From a virus (Duplodnaviria; Caudoviricetes): a stretch of 34,444 nucleotides of DNA. The DNA lies in IMG/VR virus record IMGVR_UViG_3300022666_000086, positions 1-34,444 of that record. One strand, 5' to 3'. The position numbers and the translations under genes are program-made. This document shows, in pieces, positions 1 to 9,041 of this stretch. Under the pieces are notes generated by a model that saw only the letters and a program-made list of their open reading frames with translations, had not been told where the DNA came from and ran no database searches. Positions within the stretch are counted from its first letter, which is position 1; every line of letters starts with the position of its first letter.

Positions 1-1
1 C

Positions 2-925
2 AGTGTCAGTCATAATTGCCGATTTGTAGCAATTCGTGGCCCGGATATCGCTGAATACGAGACCGTTAACCGGACCACTGCCGTTGTTTCCACAGTAGAT
101 GCCGTAACCAAACGAATCCTTGAGCCAAAGCCTCTGGAACCTGAAATTGCTGGCCAGGCTTCCGGTGAGGAAGAGTCCAGGGCCGTCATGATACCACTCG
201 TCCTGCTCGTCACGGTTCCCATCAATCGTCATATCTGAGACGACGAACATGGTGGCCCCGTCGCCCCACCAGTGGGCCCGGTTGAGGATCATCACGGCAT
301 GGTGGCCCTCATAATGCTGGTGGGCGGCCATCTTGAGGATCGTTGAGCCCACCCCAGAGCCCTCCAGAACGATGTTCTGGCCGTCCAGGATACCTATGGC
401 ATAGTAGAACGGATTTGAGGCTTCTTCTTCGCTTGAGCCATTCAGGTAGAACAGCTTGTTGGCCTCCAGGGTGAACGTGCCCGGACAGATGAAGATCTTG
501 CCGTTCTGGGGGCAGTTGGCTACTGCAGTATCGAAACAGTCCGTATCATCTACTCCCAGAGTTCCCTCATCAAGGATGTTGCCCTCGTTATCTTGGACCC
601 GGATAATATTGTCTTCGGCGATGATCACTATATCATAATACGACGATCCCGCGCCGCCACTACCGCCCATAATTGTAGCCTCCTCGATCTGGCATAACCC
701 GTACCCTTCTCTGCATCCAAAACCGGTAATAGTCCCAGTATAGTTGACACCGTTCGCGCTTATGGTGACGGTTGACCCCAGGACACAAGCCCTGATCTGG
801 GCTGCAGAGAAAGCCGCCCGAGAGGTCACCGTAACATTGAACTTGCTGCCGCCACCGGGGATAGTCGCCTTGAAGTCCGGCAAGTTGGCCGCCGGGATAA
901 GTTCGCCTGCTAAGTATATGCCCAA
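2..925 (-). CDS. Right-handed beta-helix (pectin-lyase-like) tailspike/depolymerase-like protein, 3'-truncated by window edge; missing from the ORF track
   Basis: Manual translation from TTG at 925 (GGAGTGA upstream): MGIYLAGELIPAANLPDF...EEATIM-GGSGGAGSS-YYDIV...GKIFICPGTFTL...IVLEGSGVGSTILK...MTIDGNR...GYGIYCGNNG...; open for 308 codons to the edge; no signal peptide; lies just downstream of baseplate genes. Confidence 0.8.
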   Translation of the reverse strand, partial: MGIYLAGELIPAANLPDFKATIPGGGSKFNVTVTSRAAFSAAQIRACVLGSTVTISANGVNYTGTITGFGCREGYGLCQIEEATIMGGSGGAGSSYYDIVIIAEDNIIRVQDNEGNILDEGTLGVDDTDCFDTAVANCPQNGKIFICPGTFTLEANKLFYLNGSSEEEASNPFYYAIGILDGQNIVLEGSGVGSTILKMAAHQHYEGHHAVMILNRAHWWGDGATMFVVSDMTIDGNRDEQDEWYHDGPGLFLTGSLASNFRFQRLWLKDSFGYGIYCGNNGSGPVNGLVFSDIRATNCYKSAIMTDT

Positions 926-931
926 GAGAAA

Positions 932-1129
932 TCACTCCAACATTGCATGCAGCCGCCTAGTCAGATCGGTCAATGTCTTGAACTGTTGCACTGCCAATTG
1001 GCCCTCGGAAACCTGGCTGGCTTCCAGAAGCAATTTCTTGCTGACAGGATTGTTTGCGATCGCGGTCAACTGCATTTCGAGAAATGCGAGCAGACATACA
1101 AATTCGTCGTCGGTCAACTCAATTTTCAA
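932..1129 (-). CDS. Small hypothetical protein (65 aa)
   Basis: TTG start at 1129 after GAGGTGA; this avoids the overlap with the spike gene that the longer track ORF (932..1198) would have. Confidence 0.6.
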   Translation of the reverse strand: MKIELTDDEFVCLLAFLEMQLTAIANNPVSKKLLLEASQVSEGQLAVQQFKTLTDLTRRLHAMLE

Positions 1130-1142
1130 AAAAATCACCTCT

Positions 1143-2237
1143 CTATGGACACGAGCATCCGCCGTGAGAGCAAAATCCCGTGACGGTATTATCGCCACTC
1201 ACCAGGTTATCATGAGTCTCTTCGACCAATGGAGCATCGAGCGTGATCTTGGTGGGGGAATGGATGATGATCTCACCGTCTTTCATAATCCGTATGAACG
1301 GATTGCCAGCATCATACCAAATCATCTCGGCTGCTATATCACCCTCGCTTTCGTGGCTGTATACCCGAACTCGGGCACCACATGGGAGATTATCCTTCAT
1401 GCTGGAAGTTTCGCTTTGAACCTCCCAACTGCCATCAGGATAATGAGTAAGATGGCCTTTCGGACAGTCTTCGCATGTGGCCCCCTGAATCTGGATATGC
1501 CCGAGACCCTCCGAATACACCACGCTTTGGCCTGTCTCGCTTTCAAATCGTATGCAAGAGCCGCATGGTACGTGGAGCTCCCGCCGCTTGCTTGGAGCTT
1601 CACAAGATTCTGTCTCGTGAGAGTAGACCTTATCCCAGCTGTTCTTATCCCGGCCTATCGAGTCGATGGTCTTGCAGATGCTGCAGTCTGGAGTGGCATC
1701 CCCCTCCTGACAGTAATCGTACACTCGGGCCCAATCTCGACCTCTGCCGGTAGTCCCTTTAACCGGACCATGGAACCATCGATCGCAGTAGGGTTTCTTG
1801 ATTTGGGGATAGGGTTCTTCCGGAAAGTCGCTCCACTCATCCTGGTAGGGCTTCATCCATTGGCCGCCCTTTTTGGCTATATCATAAGGGGTGGGCCTGC
1901 AGACCGGGTATTCGGCCCATGACCAGGCCGGGCCTAGCACATAACCCTCTCGATCTGCATAGAACAGGACCACCACCACATCCCCAACCCGGGGGCTCCT
2001 GGTGTCGCCCATGCAATGGCCGCCCAGGTAATTGGGCGGGACTATTACGTCTGTACGAAACCGGTACTTGTCGTTCTTCGCAGGCCGGTCCCTCATTATC
2101 ACATCGACCGTATTGAACTTCCTATCGCCCGGAGCTTCGTGATTGTGGATTCCAGTGACACAACAGATCTCTATCCTGAGCCTGCGGTTGATCTGCCTCC
2201 GGGTCTGATCCATGACGCGGTGCTTTAGATTGACCAT
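1143..2237 (-). CDS. Baseplate central spike (P2 gpV / Mu gp45-like), Cys-rich
   Basis: N-terminal OB-fold-like motif (SPRVGDVVVVLFY..REGYVLG); C-terminal beta-strand repeats (IRIMKDGEIIIHSPTKITLDAPLV); directly follows the hub gene. Confidence 0.75.
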   Translation of the reverse strand: MVNLKHRVMDQTRRQINRRLRIEICCVTGIHNHEAPGDRKFNTVDVIMRDRPAKNDKYRFRTDVIVPPNYLGGHCMGDTRSPRVGDVVVVLFYADREGYVLGPAWSWAEYPVCRPTPYDIAKKGGQWMKPYQDEWSDFPEEPYPQIKKPYCDRWFHGPVKGTTGRGRDWARVYDYCQEGDATPDCSICKTIDSIGRDKNSWDKVYSHETESCEAPSKRRELHVPCGSCIRFESETGQSVVYSEGLGHIQIQGATCEDCPKGHLTHYPDGSWEVQSETSSMKDNLPCGARVRVYSHESEGDIAAEMIWYDAGNPFIRIMKDGEIIIHSPTKITLDAPLVEETHDNLVSGDNTVTGFCSHGGCSCP

Positions 2238-3398
2238 TTAGTACTCCTCAGTTCCAAAGTCGCCCGTGTAAGATTCGATATCGGCTTCGCCAACATTAAC
2301 GTCCATATTTTCTACACCGGGGGCCACGGTGAGCTCTGCCTCAAGACCATCGATAGAATAGGATATGTTCCTGGCAACTACGGAGCCTACTATTTTCCCT
2401 CCAATCGAGTCACTTTCTGATATGGGGACGAATACCGTGTATGTCACCGTGGAATGAAGCGGCGGGATAATACCGGCCACCTTCGGCTTGGTGAGAGCAT
2501 CTTTGAACATTTTGTAGAAGTTCAGTAGCATGTCCGCTCTGGCCTGGCATTGGTCGACAGTCTTGCAGTGCGGGGCTCTATCAACTGGAGCTTCTAGGAT
2601 GCCTAGCTCTGCGATAGATTCATCATCCTGGGCCGTAGCCTGGATGGTCTCGGATCGAGGTGTCAGGACACCAGGGCTTTGCATCGAATGGCTGCCTGCT
2701 CCTATGACGGTGACCCTGTTGCGAAGCCCCATGATGCTGCTGGTGTCGTCCGGGTTCGTTATGTACGGGTCCAGATCATACTCTCCCCGGTTGGCTACCG
2801 GGTCTCTGAATTGGAGCACCCCATCTTCTGAGAAGTAATAGAATGCTCCTGTATCGTTCCGCAGGTCTTCGAGGACATCTTGGAACGTGTCATCGCTGTT
2901 GTACTTCTTCCCGCCTTCCAGAACCGGGTTCCTGGCGAAATAGTTCAGCTGGATCTTCTCGCCCTTGTGGAGGTCAAGAACGTCCGTAAGGACCTCTCGA
3001 GCGCGAGGAGCATGGTCTGGATGCGTCACCGAGCTATCATAGTTCTGGGAAATGGCATCTGCTAGGTGGCCTAGATCGCATTCTCCGGTGACAACTACCT
3101 CTTCGTGGTTGCGCTTGATGTCAGTCACATGGCCATAGGCTACGAGGTATTCTGCCTCCGTCCGACCCCCGGCTGCCGCTCGATGGCTTTCGTTGTGATA
3201 TACCCAATTCCTGATTATGATCTTCATCGAGGTGGTTTGGGGTGGCCATGTGGTGGCATAACTCCTCTTGAGGCGGTTGGCCAGCGTGACCGTAAGCTTC
3301 CCAGGATCGCTGTCGGTCTCAATCTGGTCCTGAACCTGGATGGAGATTACTTCTTCCGAGACATCCACATCGCCGATCTCAACCGTGTGGTCGATCAT
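2238..3398 (-). CDS. Baseplate hub protein (P2 gpD / Mu gp44-like)
   Basis: Motifs such as GHVTDI, DTFQDVLEDL..DTGAFYYFSEDGVLQFRD, NRVTVIG, DDESIAELG, ISYSIDG..AELTV; lies between the TMP region and the spike; ATG at 3398 preferred. Confidence 0.75.
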   Translation of the reverse strand: MIDHTVEIGDVDVSEEVISIQVQDQIETDSDPGKLTVTLANRLKRSYATTWPPQTTSMKIIIRNWVYHNESHRAAAGGRTEAEYLVAYGHVTDIKRNHEEVVVTGECDLGHLADAISQNYDSSVTHPDHAPRAREVLTDVLDLHKGEKIQLNYFARNPVLEGGKKYNSDDTFQDVLEDLRNDTGAFYYFSEDGVLQFRDPVANRGEYDLDPYITNPDDTSSIMGLRNRVTVIGAGSHSMQSPGVLTPRSETIQATAQDDESIAELGILEAPVDRAPHCKTVDQCQARADMLLNFYKMFKDALTKPKVAGIIPPLHSTVTYTVFVPISESDSIGGKIVGSVVARNISYSIDGLEAELTVAPGVENMDVNVGEADIESYTGDFGTEEY

Positions 3399-3400
3399 CT

Positions 3401-3814
3401 TCAGTCCCAAGCCTCAAGCAAACTGATAGTCCACGTGGCGACGTTCAGGGTTTCGCCGGTCTGAGTCTCTGTCAGTGGCGGCTCCTTGTCGTTCTCGCTA
3501 TGATCAATGGAGCGATCCAATATGTACATGTTCAGCCCATCCGGAACATGGTTGCATACCACCTTGAAAGGGCCGCACTCATCGCATAGGTGCTTGAGCT
3601 GCTTGTAGCGATCATTTGTGATGCTCCTGACAGTCAGCTCACAATGGTCCAAGACCATATCTGATGTTCTGATAGTGATGGTCTTGTTTCCCTTTCCAGG
3701 GATGGGTTTCTCAACCACGACGTTTGTTTTAGTCCATCTGGCGTGCTGGGGGCCCGGATTAACCTCTTCTTCAGACGGATCTCCGAGCGTGAGCCAACCT
3801 ATTTTGAATATCAT
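3401..3814 (-). CDS. Tail tube initiator / gpU-like baseplate protein (putative)
   Basis: About 137 aa; VVEKPIPG near the N-terminus and a WTISLLE C-terminus; canonical position between TMP and hub. Confidence 0.55.
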   Translation of the reverse strand: MIFKIGWLTLGDPSEEEVNPGPQHARWTKTNVVVEKPIPGKGNKTITIRTSDMVLDHCELTVRSITNDRYKQLKHLCDECGPFKVVCNHVPDGLNMYILDRSIDHSENDKEPPLTETQTGETLNVATWTISLLEAWD

Positions 3815-3861
3815 ATGCAAACACCAAAAAGTTGATTATGCGGGCGGTCTATGGGTACAAC

Positions 3862-4392
3862 ATGCAACGATTGCTATTTATTGGGCTCCTGATCGCGCTC
3901 ATGGGCGGCGCGCAGGCGGAAGAACTGATCAACTACAGCGAGGATATCGGGCCTTACAGGATTTCCTTCAGCCTGCCAGAACTCCAGAGCGGGCCGGTGG
4001 AGTTTGAAAAGAACATATCCCAGACTGAAACTCTGAGCGGTGTGGTTAATGACAGATATGAGCTTACTATGTACTCGGGCGGTTTTACCGCAGGGATCTT
4101 GGTTGTTGACCACTACGGTGAGGCCATAAAGTATGACCTAGCACAACATCAGAAGGGACAGATAGAGTACTTTGAAAGTGCTGGTTTTGTTGTGGCTCCG
4201 GCAGAACGCAAAATTGACGGCGTTGATGGCACGATTTTAAGGGTGAGTGATGTGCCGAAAAATGCAGATCTCTTTGACATTTTCTACCAAAAAGATAGGC
4301 AAACAAGTGTTCATGGCGGGATAATGCTCCCCTGGGAGCAGACAGTGCCCCTCTTGAGGTCTCTGAATGTTACGTCCTTCTCTGCCCCATAG
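3862..4392 (+). CDS. Secreted protein (176 aa), the only convincing plus-strand gene; moron-like insertion
   Basis: ATG at 3862 gives a signal peptide MQRLLFIGLLIALMGGAQA; fills an otherwise empty gap; 3' end overlaps the TMP 3' end by 23 nt. Confidence 0.8.
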   Translation: MQRLLFIGLLIALMGGAQAEELINYSEDIGPYRISFSLPELQSGPVEFEKNISQTETLSGVVNDRYELTMYSGGFTAGILVVDHYGEAIKYDLAQHQKGQIEYFESAGFVVAPAERKIDGVDGTILRVSDVPKNADLFDIFYQKDRQTSVHGGIMLPWEQTVPLLRSLNVTSFSAP

Positions 4393-7300
4393 CCTTATGA
4401 ACAGCGGATATCGATTTTGATTCGATCCGCCGATCAATCTCTTTCATCAATTTTTCTATATCTATATCGCTGCTCAGCCTCATCCCGGAGAAATCATTTG
4501 TGTTGTGGACATGGACCTCCGTCTTCTGGGGGCTGGTGGACGATCTGCTGCCAGCCGTGACACCGTACAGGGTATCCAATGCCCTTGCTATCGGCCCGGC
4601 TCCTCGCTGTGCAGTAGCCTGGGGGATGATCTCCTCTTTCTCGTGGACTAGACCTGCGAAGAGACCGCCCTTCTTGAAAGTTGCTCCCACGGCATACTGC
4701 GGCTGGTTGGAGATATACTCTTTGGCTGCCGCTTCTGATTCGAACCCGCTTTTGACTTTCCCAGATGCATTCCAGACATCGAAAGACCCGTTGTCTCCAT
4801 AGGCAACATACATCCTGCCCTGGTTCTTGAAGGTCTCTGGTGGAGTGGGCGAAAGATACTCGTTCCCCCACCGGTCGGACTCTATTTTGGTTCCTTCTCT
4901 ACCGGATGAAATACGCTCGTATACTTCCTGAGCGTTGGGATAGCTCACATGGGTGGTTTGAAGTAGATCCAGCCACGTATCCTCACTGAAGTTTATCCCC
5001 GGAACCGCGGATGGCTTGCCACCTGATTTTGTCGCCTGGACTATGGTGTTCAGGGCCGTATCACGAGTCATGAAATCCTGGACGGTGCCCAGTTCAGCCC
5101 CACCTGGCCCGTAAACCGTCTTGTTGCCAAATTCCCCGGATGAGTCGAAGAGGTATTGCATAGCCCACTGAGAAGGCGAGATCTTCTGCTCATTTGGCCC
5201 CATGACATAAGCTCCGGGAGCTTTCGCTTCAACCGCCATGCCCGCCTGGATCTCAGCGGGGCTGCGATCAGCATCTTCTGCGCCACCAGCACCAGGGAAC
5301 CAGCTCTTGATGGCCGCTGATATGGTGCCCGGCAAACTCAGAATAGCATCGAGCAATTTTTTCAGCACCCCGATGATGTCTTCTGGTATACCGCCCGGAG
5401 CATTCTGATATTTGTCAAAGGCCTTGAGTAAATAGCTCGGAACTTCAGATTCTGGAACTGGGTTGCCCTGCTTGTCATACCAGCCTACTTTACCTTCTTC
5501 ATTGAGATACTCGATGCCGCCTGCTCTCTCAACAGCTGTTTCGTACTTCTTTTTGGCATCTGACTTGGTTATGCCCAGGCTATCCCGGAGCCAGGATATC
5601 ATGCCTCGTGCCGTATCATAAAGCCACGAGAGAACATTGTAAATGTTTTCCCAGACACGTTTACCCGCAGAGAGCAGGTCGGCAACGATATTTGAGCCAT
5701 CCAATAACCTGCTCACATAGCCGACTATCGCCTCTAGTGGCTTGATGAGCAACGTAATGGGAAACATGCCCATAACGCCAATCTTCAGAGCCTCACCGAG
5801 CTCACCACTTGCATAGGCGGCGTCGATCTTGTCAAACAGCCATCCGAAAGTTGAGGCGATGGTGTCCAATGCACTCAGCAGCCAGCCGAACGCACCTTCA
5901 CTCCCTTTTGCCCATTGCTCATCTAGCCACGAGAACAGCTTTGTGAATTCATCCGTTACCCACGCAATGCCGGTGACCAGCCCGCCTATGAGGTCTTTGC
6001 CGATGGCGGAGTCCTTGAACTTGTCCCATGCTTTCTGTAGATAGCCGGTCTTGTAGAGGAGATAGCCCACGGCGGCGGCAAGAGCAATAACAAGCACGAT
6101 CGGATTCGCTAGAGAGAATGCGAGGGCTTTCACGAGTGTGGTTCCCATCGCCTTGATTGCACCCGTGGTGATGTTTGTGTACATCGTGAAGACTTTCGTG
6201 GCCGTCGTCATAATGCCAAGGTTTGTCGCGGTTTGGAGCAACAATGGGGCAAGCAACCGAACGCCAGTGGCCATAGCCAAAACGCTGACAACTGTGGCCA
6301 CCAGGCCCAGACCAGGGATAGAATCAGCAACCTTGACAAATCCATCAGCTAAAAGGGCCATCGGCCCAAGCAGCTTATTTACCACAGTCAACAACAAATT
6401 GACGGTGGGCAAAAATATCATGCCAATAGCTTTCCCGATAACAAGTATGGATTCTTTGATACTTGATAACTGAGATAGGGTGCCAGCTTTGGCACCCTCG
6501 AATGAAGTGCCGATGCGTGACGCATCTTCGTATGCTTTGCCGCCTTTGCCCTTGCTTGCCATATAAGCATCGAATTTATCACGAGATCCCGCCACTGCAG
6601 CAAACATTTCTGTGCCGTAAGCATCACCGAACAATTTTGCAAATTCGACCGCGTCTTGTCCTTTGAGTGTGGTATATTTTTCGAGAGCAAGGTCGAGGAT
6701 CTTTTGTGCGTCGGTGTCGAGGAGGTTCTGGTAATCCTTCATCGACATTCCCATGGCCTTCGCAATATTTTCGGCGTCTCCTTGCATAGTAATAAAGACT
6801 TTACGCATTACCTCACCGGCATGATCTCCCGACTTGCCCACGCCCATAATGCTTGCCGCGAGTGCCGTATATCCCGAAACCTGCTCATCGGTCGGTTGTA
6901 TTTTCTGCAAACCGGCGGAAGCGACTTGCATTGCCATCATCAGGCCACTCTCGGTGACCTTGCCAGGGGTTTCGTCTGCGAAATAATCAATTGCTGAAGT
7001 CAGACTTTTTGTGAAACCAAGTAAACTTGTCTCGGCGGGTTTGAATGATGTGGCTATTGCACTCATCGACCCGGCGACTTCTTCTGAAGATGTGCCAAAG
7101 GCGACTTTTGCCATTAAAACTTGTTCGGCCCACCCGCTTATCTCTTCTCTAGCAAGTCTGTATTGTTCAGCTGCGCCGGCGGCATCTCCGGCATCTTCAA
7201 GTTCTTTTCCCTTGTTTATCTTATCAAGCCCGATGGCGCTCGATCCTGCCATCTCATACACTGCCGCGACTTCACTTTCCGAAGATCCGGTCTTAATGCG

Positions 7301-7792
7301 AAGTTTGTCAACATCACTACTAACATTTCTTGCTTCTTCGCCAGTTAACCCGATGAGCTTGTTTACACGGATCATCATTTCTTCGGACTGTGCCGCCAAT
7401 CCAACGCCAGCCGCCGCCACTCCACCAACGGCGGCTACCCCCAGCGCGCCCGCTGCCAGGCCCGCAGCAGCCGCACCAGTGGACAGTCCCACGGGGATGA
7501 TGGCCTTGGCTCTCAGGATATCCAGTTGGCGACCTATGGCGGCAAGATTGCCACTGATGAGATCTGTGACGGTAAGAGATAATGGTTGGCTGAAAGCATC
7601 TCGCAGCCCCTCCATATCCCCCATTACTTTCTTTACCGCATCTGAAGAGTTCTTGACAGATGTGTCAGATACCCCAAAATCGACTACATGTTTGTCACGG
7701 GTTACCGATGTTATCCTTTTCTGGATCGCATCGAACTTGGACGTGAAGTTGTCGATCAGATTGAAGTAAGTGTTGAATCCTTGGTCTGTCAT
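4370..7792 (-). CDS. Tape measure protein (1140 aa)
   Basis: Long Ala/Gly-rich helical protein with hydrophobic central segments; C-terminal YAVGA..GG...VHEKEEIIP motif; follows the tail chaperone. Confidence 0.92.
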   Translation of the reverse strand: MTDQGFNTYFNLIDNFTSKFDAIQKRITSVTRDKHVVDFGVSDTSVKNSSDAVKKVMGDMEGLRDAFSQPLSLTVTDLISGNLAAIGRQLDILRAKAIIPVGLSTGAAAAGLAAGALGVAAVGGVAAAGVGLAAQSEEMMIRVNKLIGLTGEEARNVSSDVDKLRIKTGSSESEVAAVYEMAGSSAIGLDKINKGKELEDAGDAAGAAEQYRLAREEISGWAEQVLMAKVAFGTSSEEVAGSMSAIATSFKPAETSLLGFTKSLTSAIDYFADETPGKVTESGLMMAMQVASAGLQKIQPTDEQVSGYTALAASIMGVGKSGDHAGEVMRKVFITMQGDAENIAKAMGMSMKDYQNLLDTDAQKILDLALEKYTTLKGQDAVEFAKLFGDAYGTEMFAAVAGSRDKFDAYMASKGKGGKAYEDASRIGTSFEGAKAGTLSQLSSIKESILVIGKAIGMIFLPTVNLLLTVVNKLLGPMALLADGFVKVADSIPGLGLVATVVSVLAMATGVRLLAPLLLQTATNLGIMTTATKVFTMYTNITTGAIKAMGTTLVKALAFSLANPIVLVIALAAAVGYLLYKTGYLQKAWDKFKDSAIGKDLIGGLVTGIAWVTDEFTKLFSWLDEQWAKGSEGAFGWLLSALDTIASTFGWLFDKIDAAYASGELGEALKIGVMGMFPITLLIKPLEAIVGYVSRLLDGSNIVADLLSAGKRVWENIYNVLSWLYDTARGMISWLRDSLGITKSDAKKKYETAVERAGGIEYLNEEGKVGWYDKQGNPVPESEVPSYLLKAFDKYQNAPGGIPEDIIGVLKKLLDAILSLPGTISAAIKSWFPGAGGAEDADRSPAEIQAGMAVEAKAPGAYVMGPNEQKISPSQWAMQYLFDSSGEFGNKTVYGPGGAELGTVQDFMTRDTALNTIVQATKSGGKPSAVPGINFSEDTWLDLLQTTHVSYPNAQEVYERISSGREGTKIESDRWGNEYLSPTPPETFKNQGRMYVAYGDNGSFDVWNASGKVKSGFESEAAAKEYISNQPQYAVGATFKKGGLFAGLVHEKEEIIPQATAQRGAGPIARALDTLYGVTAGSRSSTSPQKTEVHVHNTNDFSGMRLSSDIDIEKLMKEIDRRIESKSISAVHKAMGQRRT

Positions 7793-7798
7793 AGTTCC

Positions 7799-8436
7799 TC
7801 AGAGCGGTTTAGAATATTTTGCTAAACTTTCGGGATCTGCCTGGATCTGTTTGGCCATATCGGCCATGCGTGCCCTTCGTTCCAGCATCTCGCCGTAGGC
7901 GTCTTTTCCTTTCCGGCCTTTGCGTGGTCTCTCTTTGACCTCGGCACCGGCCATCTTCGCATTCAGCTTGATCTGCTCGATAGCAACCAGAGCAACGAAA
8001 ATCTCCTGGTTAGCCGTGAGGTTAGATACTTCTCCGCCAGCCAGCCGGTAGCCTGCAATATGTTCTAAGAGGAGGAGCTGCCCTTCTGGGCTATCGAAAA
8101 ATCCTCGACCTCTTCCTCCTTGGGCTCGGAGCCGGTCATGATGGCTTGCCCAATCTGGAGAATGATATCGTGATCGAGATCTGCTAGTCGGTCGCTTATG
8201 CCGGGCGTGACGATACCTGACTTGCTGGCTTCCATGGCCATCGCAAAGCTTCCTGCCAGGTCGTTTGATCCGGTGATCCTAAGCGTGTTCATGATCTTAC
8301 GAAACTCCCCGCCCCTCAGTGACCTTATCCTCACCGTCTTGCCATTATACTGGGGGTTTGGTGATCTCAGAGTAATCGTGCGTTCGTTCTGCATGCCGAG
8401 GGTGATATCCTCAGCTGTAATCTCAAGTTCTGCCAT
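7799..8436 (-). CDS. Tail assembly chaperone, long form (lambda gpGT-like, ~212 aa) made by -1 ribosomal frameshift
   Basis: Slippery G-GAT-TTT(T) at 8104..8098; the -1 frame is open for 99 codons (FDSPEGQLLLLEHIAGYRL...KYSKPL) to TGA at 7799..7801, 6 nt before the TMP ATG. Confidence 0.75.
8065..8436 (-). CDS. Tail assembly chaperone, short form (gpG-like, 123 aa)
   Basis: Between tube and TMP; VRIRSLRGGE motif; GAGG RBS. Confidence 0.8.
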   Translation of the reverse strand: MAELEITAEDITLGMQNERTITLRSPNPQYNGKTVRIRSLRGGEFRKIMNTLRITGSNDLAGSFAMAMEASKSGIVTPGISDRLADLDHDIILQIGQAIMTGSEPKEEEVEDFSIAQKGSSSS

Positions 8437-8445
8437 TTTTTGTCC

Positions 8446-8480
8446 TCAAAAAATATAGAAGGCGGCTAATCGGAGCCGCC
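8446..8480 (-). terminator. Hairpin plus T-tract after the tail tube gene
   Basis: 7-bp stem GGCGGCT/AGCCGCC (8461-8467 and 8474-8480) followed on the minus strand by TTCTATATTTTTT. Confidence 0.6.
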
Positions 8481-9028
8481 TAGATCTCGGGGTGGTCTTT
8501 CCCCCACTTGGCCCTTCGTGCCATCCAGTCGTAAGCCCTCTTAGCGACGGACCCCTGGGACGAGTTGAACGTGTGGTGGTTCAGCTTGCAGCCCATGAAC
8601 TGGGCCCAGATCTCGCCGCCCACCACCTGCTCAGCCCCGGTGCTCGGGACTATGTAGCCGGTGTACTCACGCTCATGGAACTCCAGGGTGAAAGGCACTG
8701 AGCTGCCCTGCTCGGACGGGTTGATCAGGTACGTGTAGAGCAGATACTCCCATTTGGTTGCATCTGTCATGGTATACCCCTGCTCCTCCCAGTCGTCTGG
8801 CAGTCCATCGACAATCCAGCCGGTTTCCAGGGTTCCCTTGTAGTCGATGTTACCCTCAGTGATGTTCTTGGGCAGCCTCGATCCTGAGTAGTGTTCGGCT
8901 GTCATCTCTTTGGTTATATCGAACGAAGACCCCACAAAAGGTATCCAGATATTCCCGCCAGCAGGATTCTTGAGCTTAACCTGGATATCTGAAGGATACT
9001 TCGAAAATATGCCGTCTGTTTCAGGCAT
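8480..9028 (-). CDS. Tail tube protein
   Basis: 182 aa directly after the sheath; EGNIDYKGTLE and FMGCKLNHHTF..SQG-type beta motifs; GGAGGT RBS. Confidence 0.8.
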   Translation of the reverse strand: MPETDGIFSKYPSDIQVKLKNPAGGNIWIPFVGSSFDITKEMTAEHYSGSRLPKNITEGNIDYKGTLETGWIVDGLPDDWEEQGYTMTDATKWEYLLYTYLINPSEQGSSVPFTLEFHEREYTGYIVPSTGAEQVVGGEIWAQFMGCKLNHHTFNSSQGSVAKRAYDWMARRAKWGKDHPEI

Positions 9029-9041
9029 TTTTTAGACCTCC

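Noticed and set aside
660-935. 91-aa minus-strand track ORF (and 10..225)
   Set aside because: Alternative frames overlapping the long beta-helix ORF at 925..2.
744-1922. 392-aa plus-strand ORF
   Set aside because: Antisense to the spike, 65-aa and tailspike genes; no recognisable motifs; shadow ORF.
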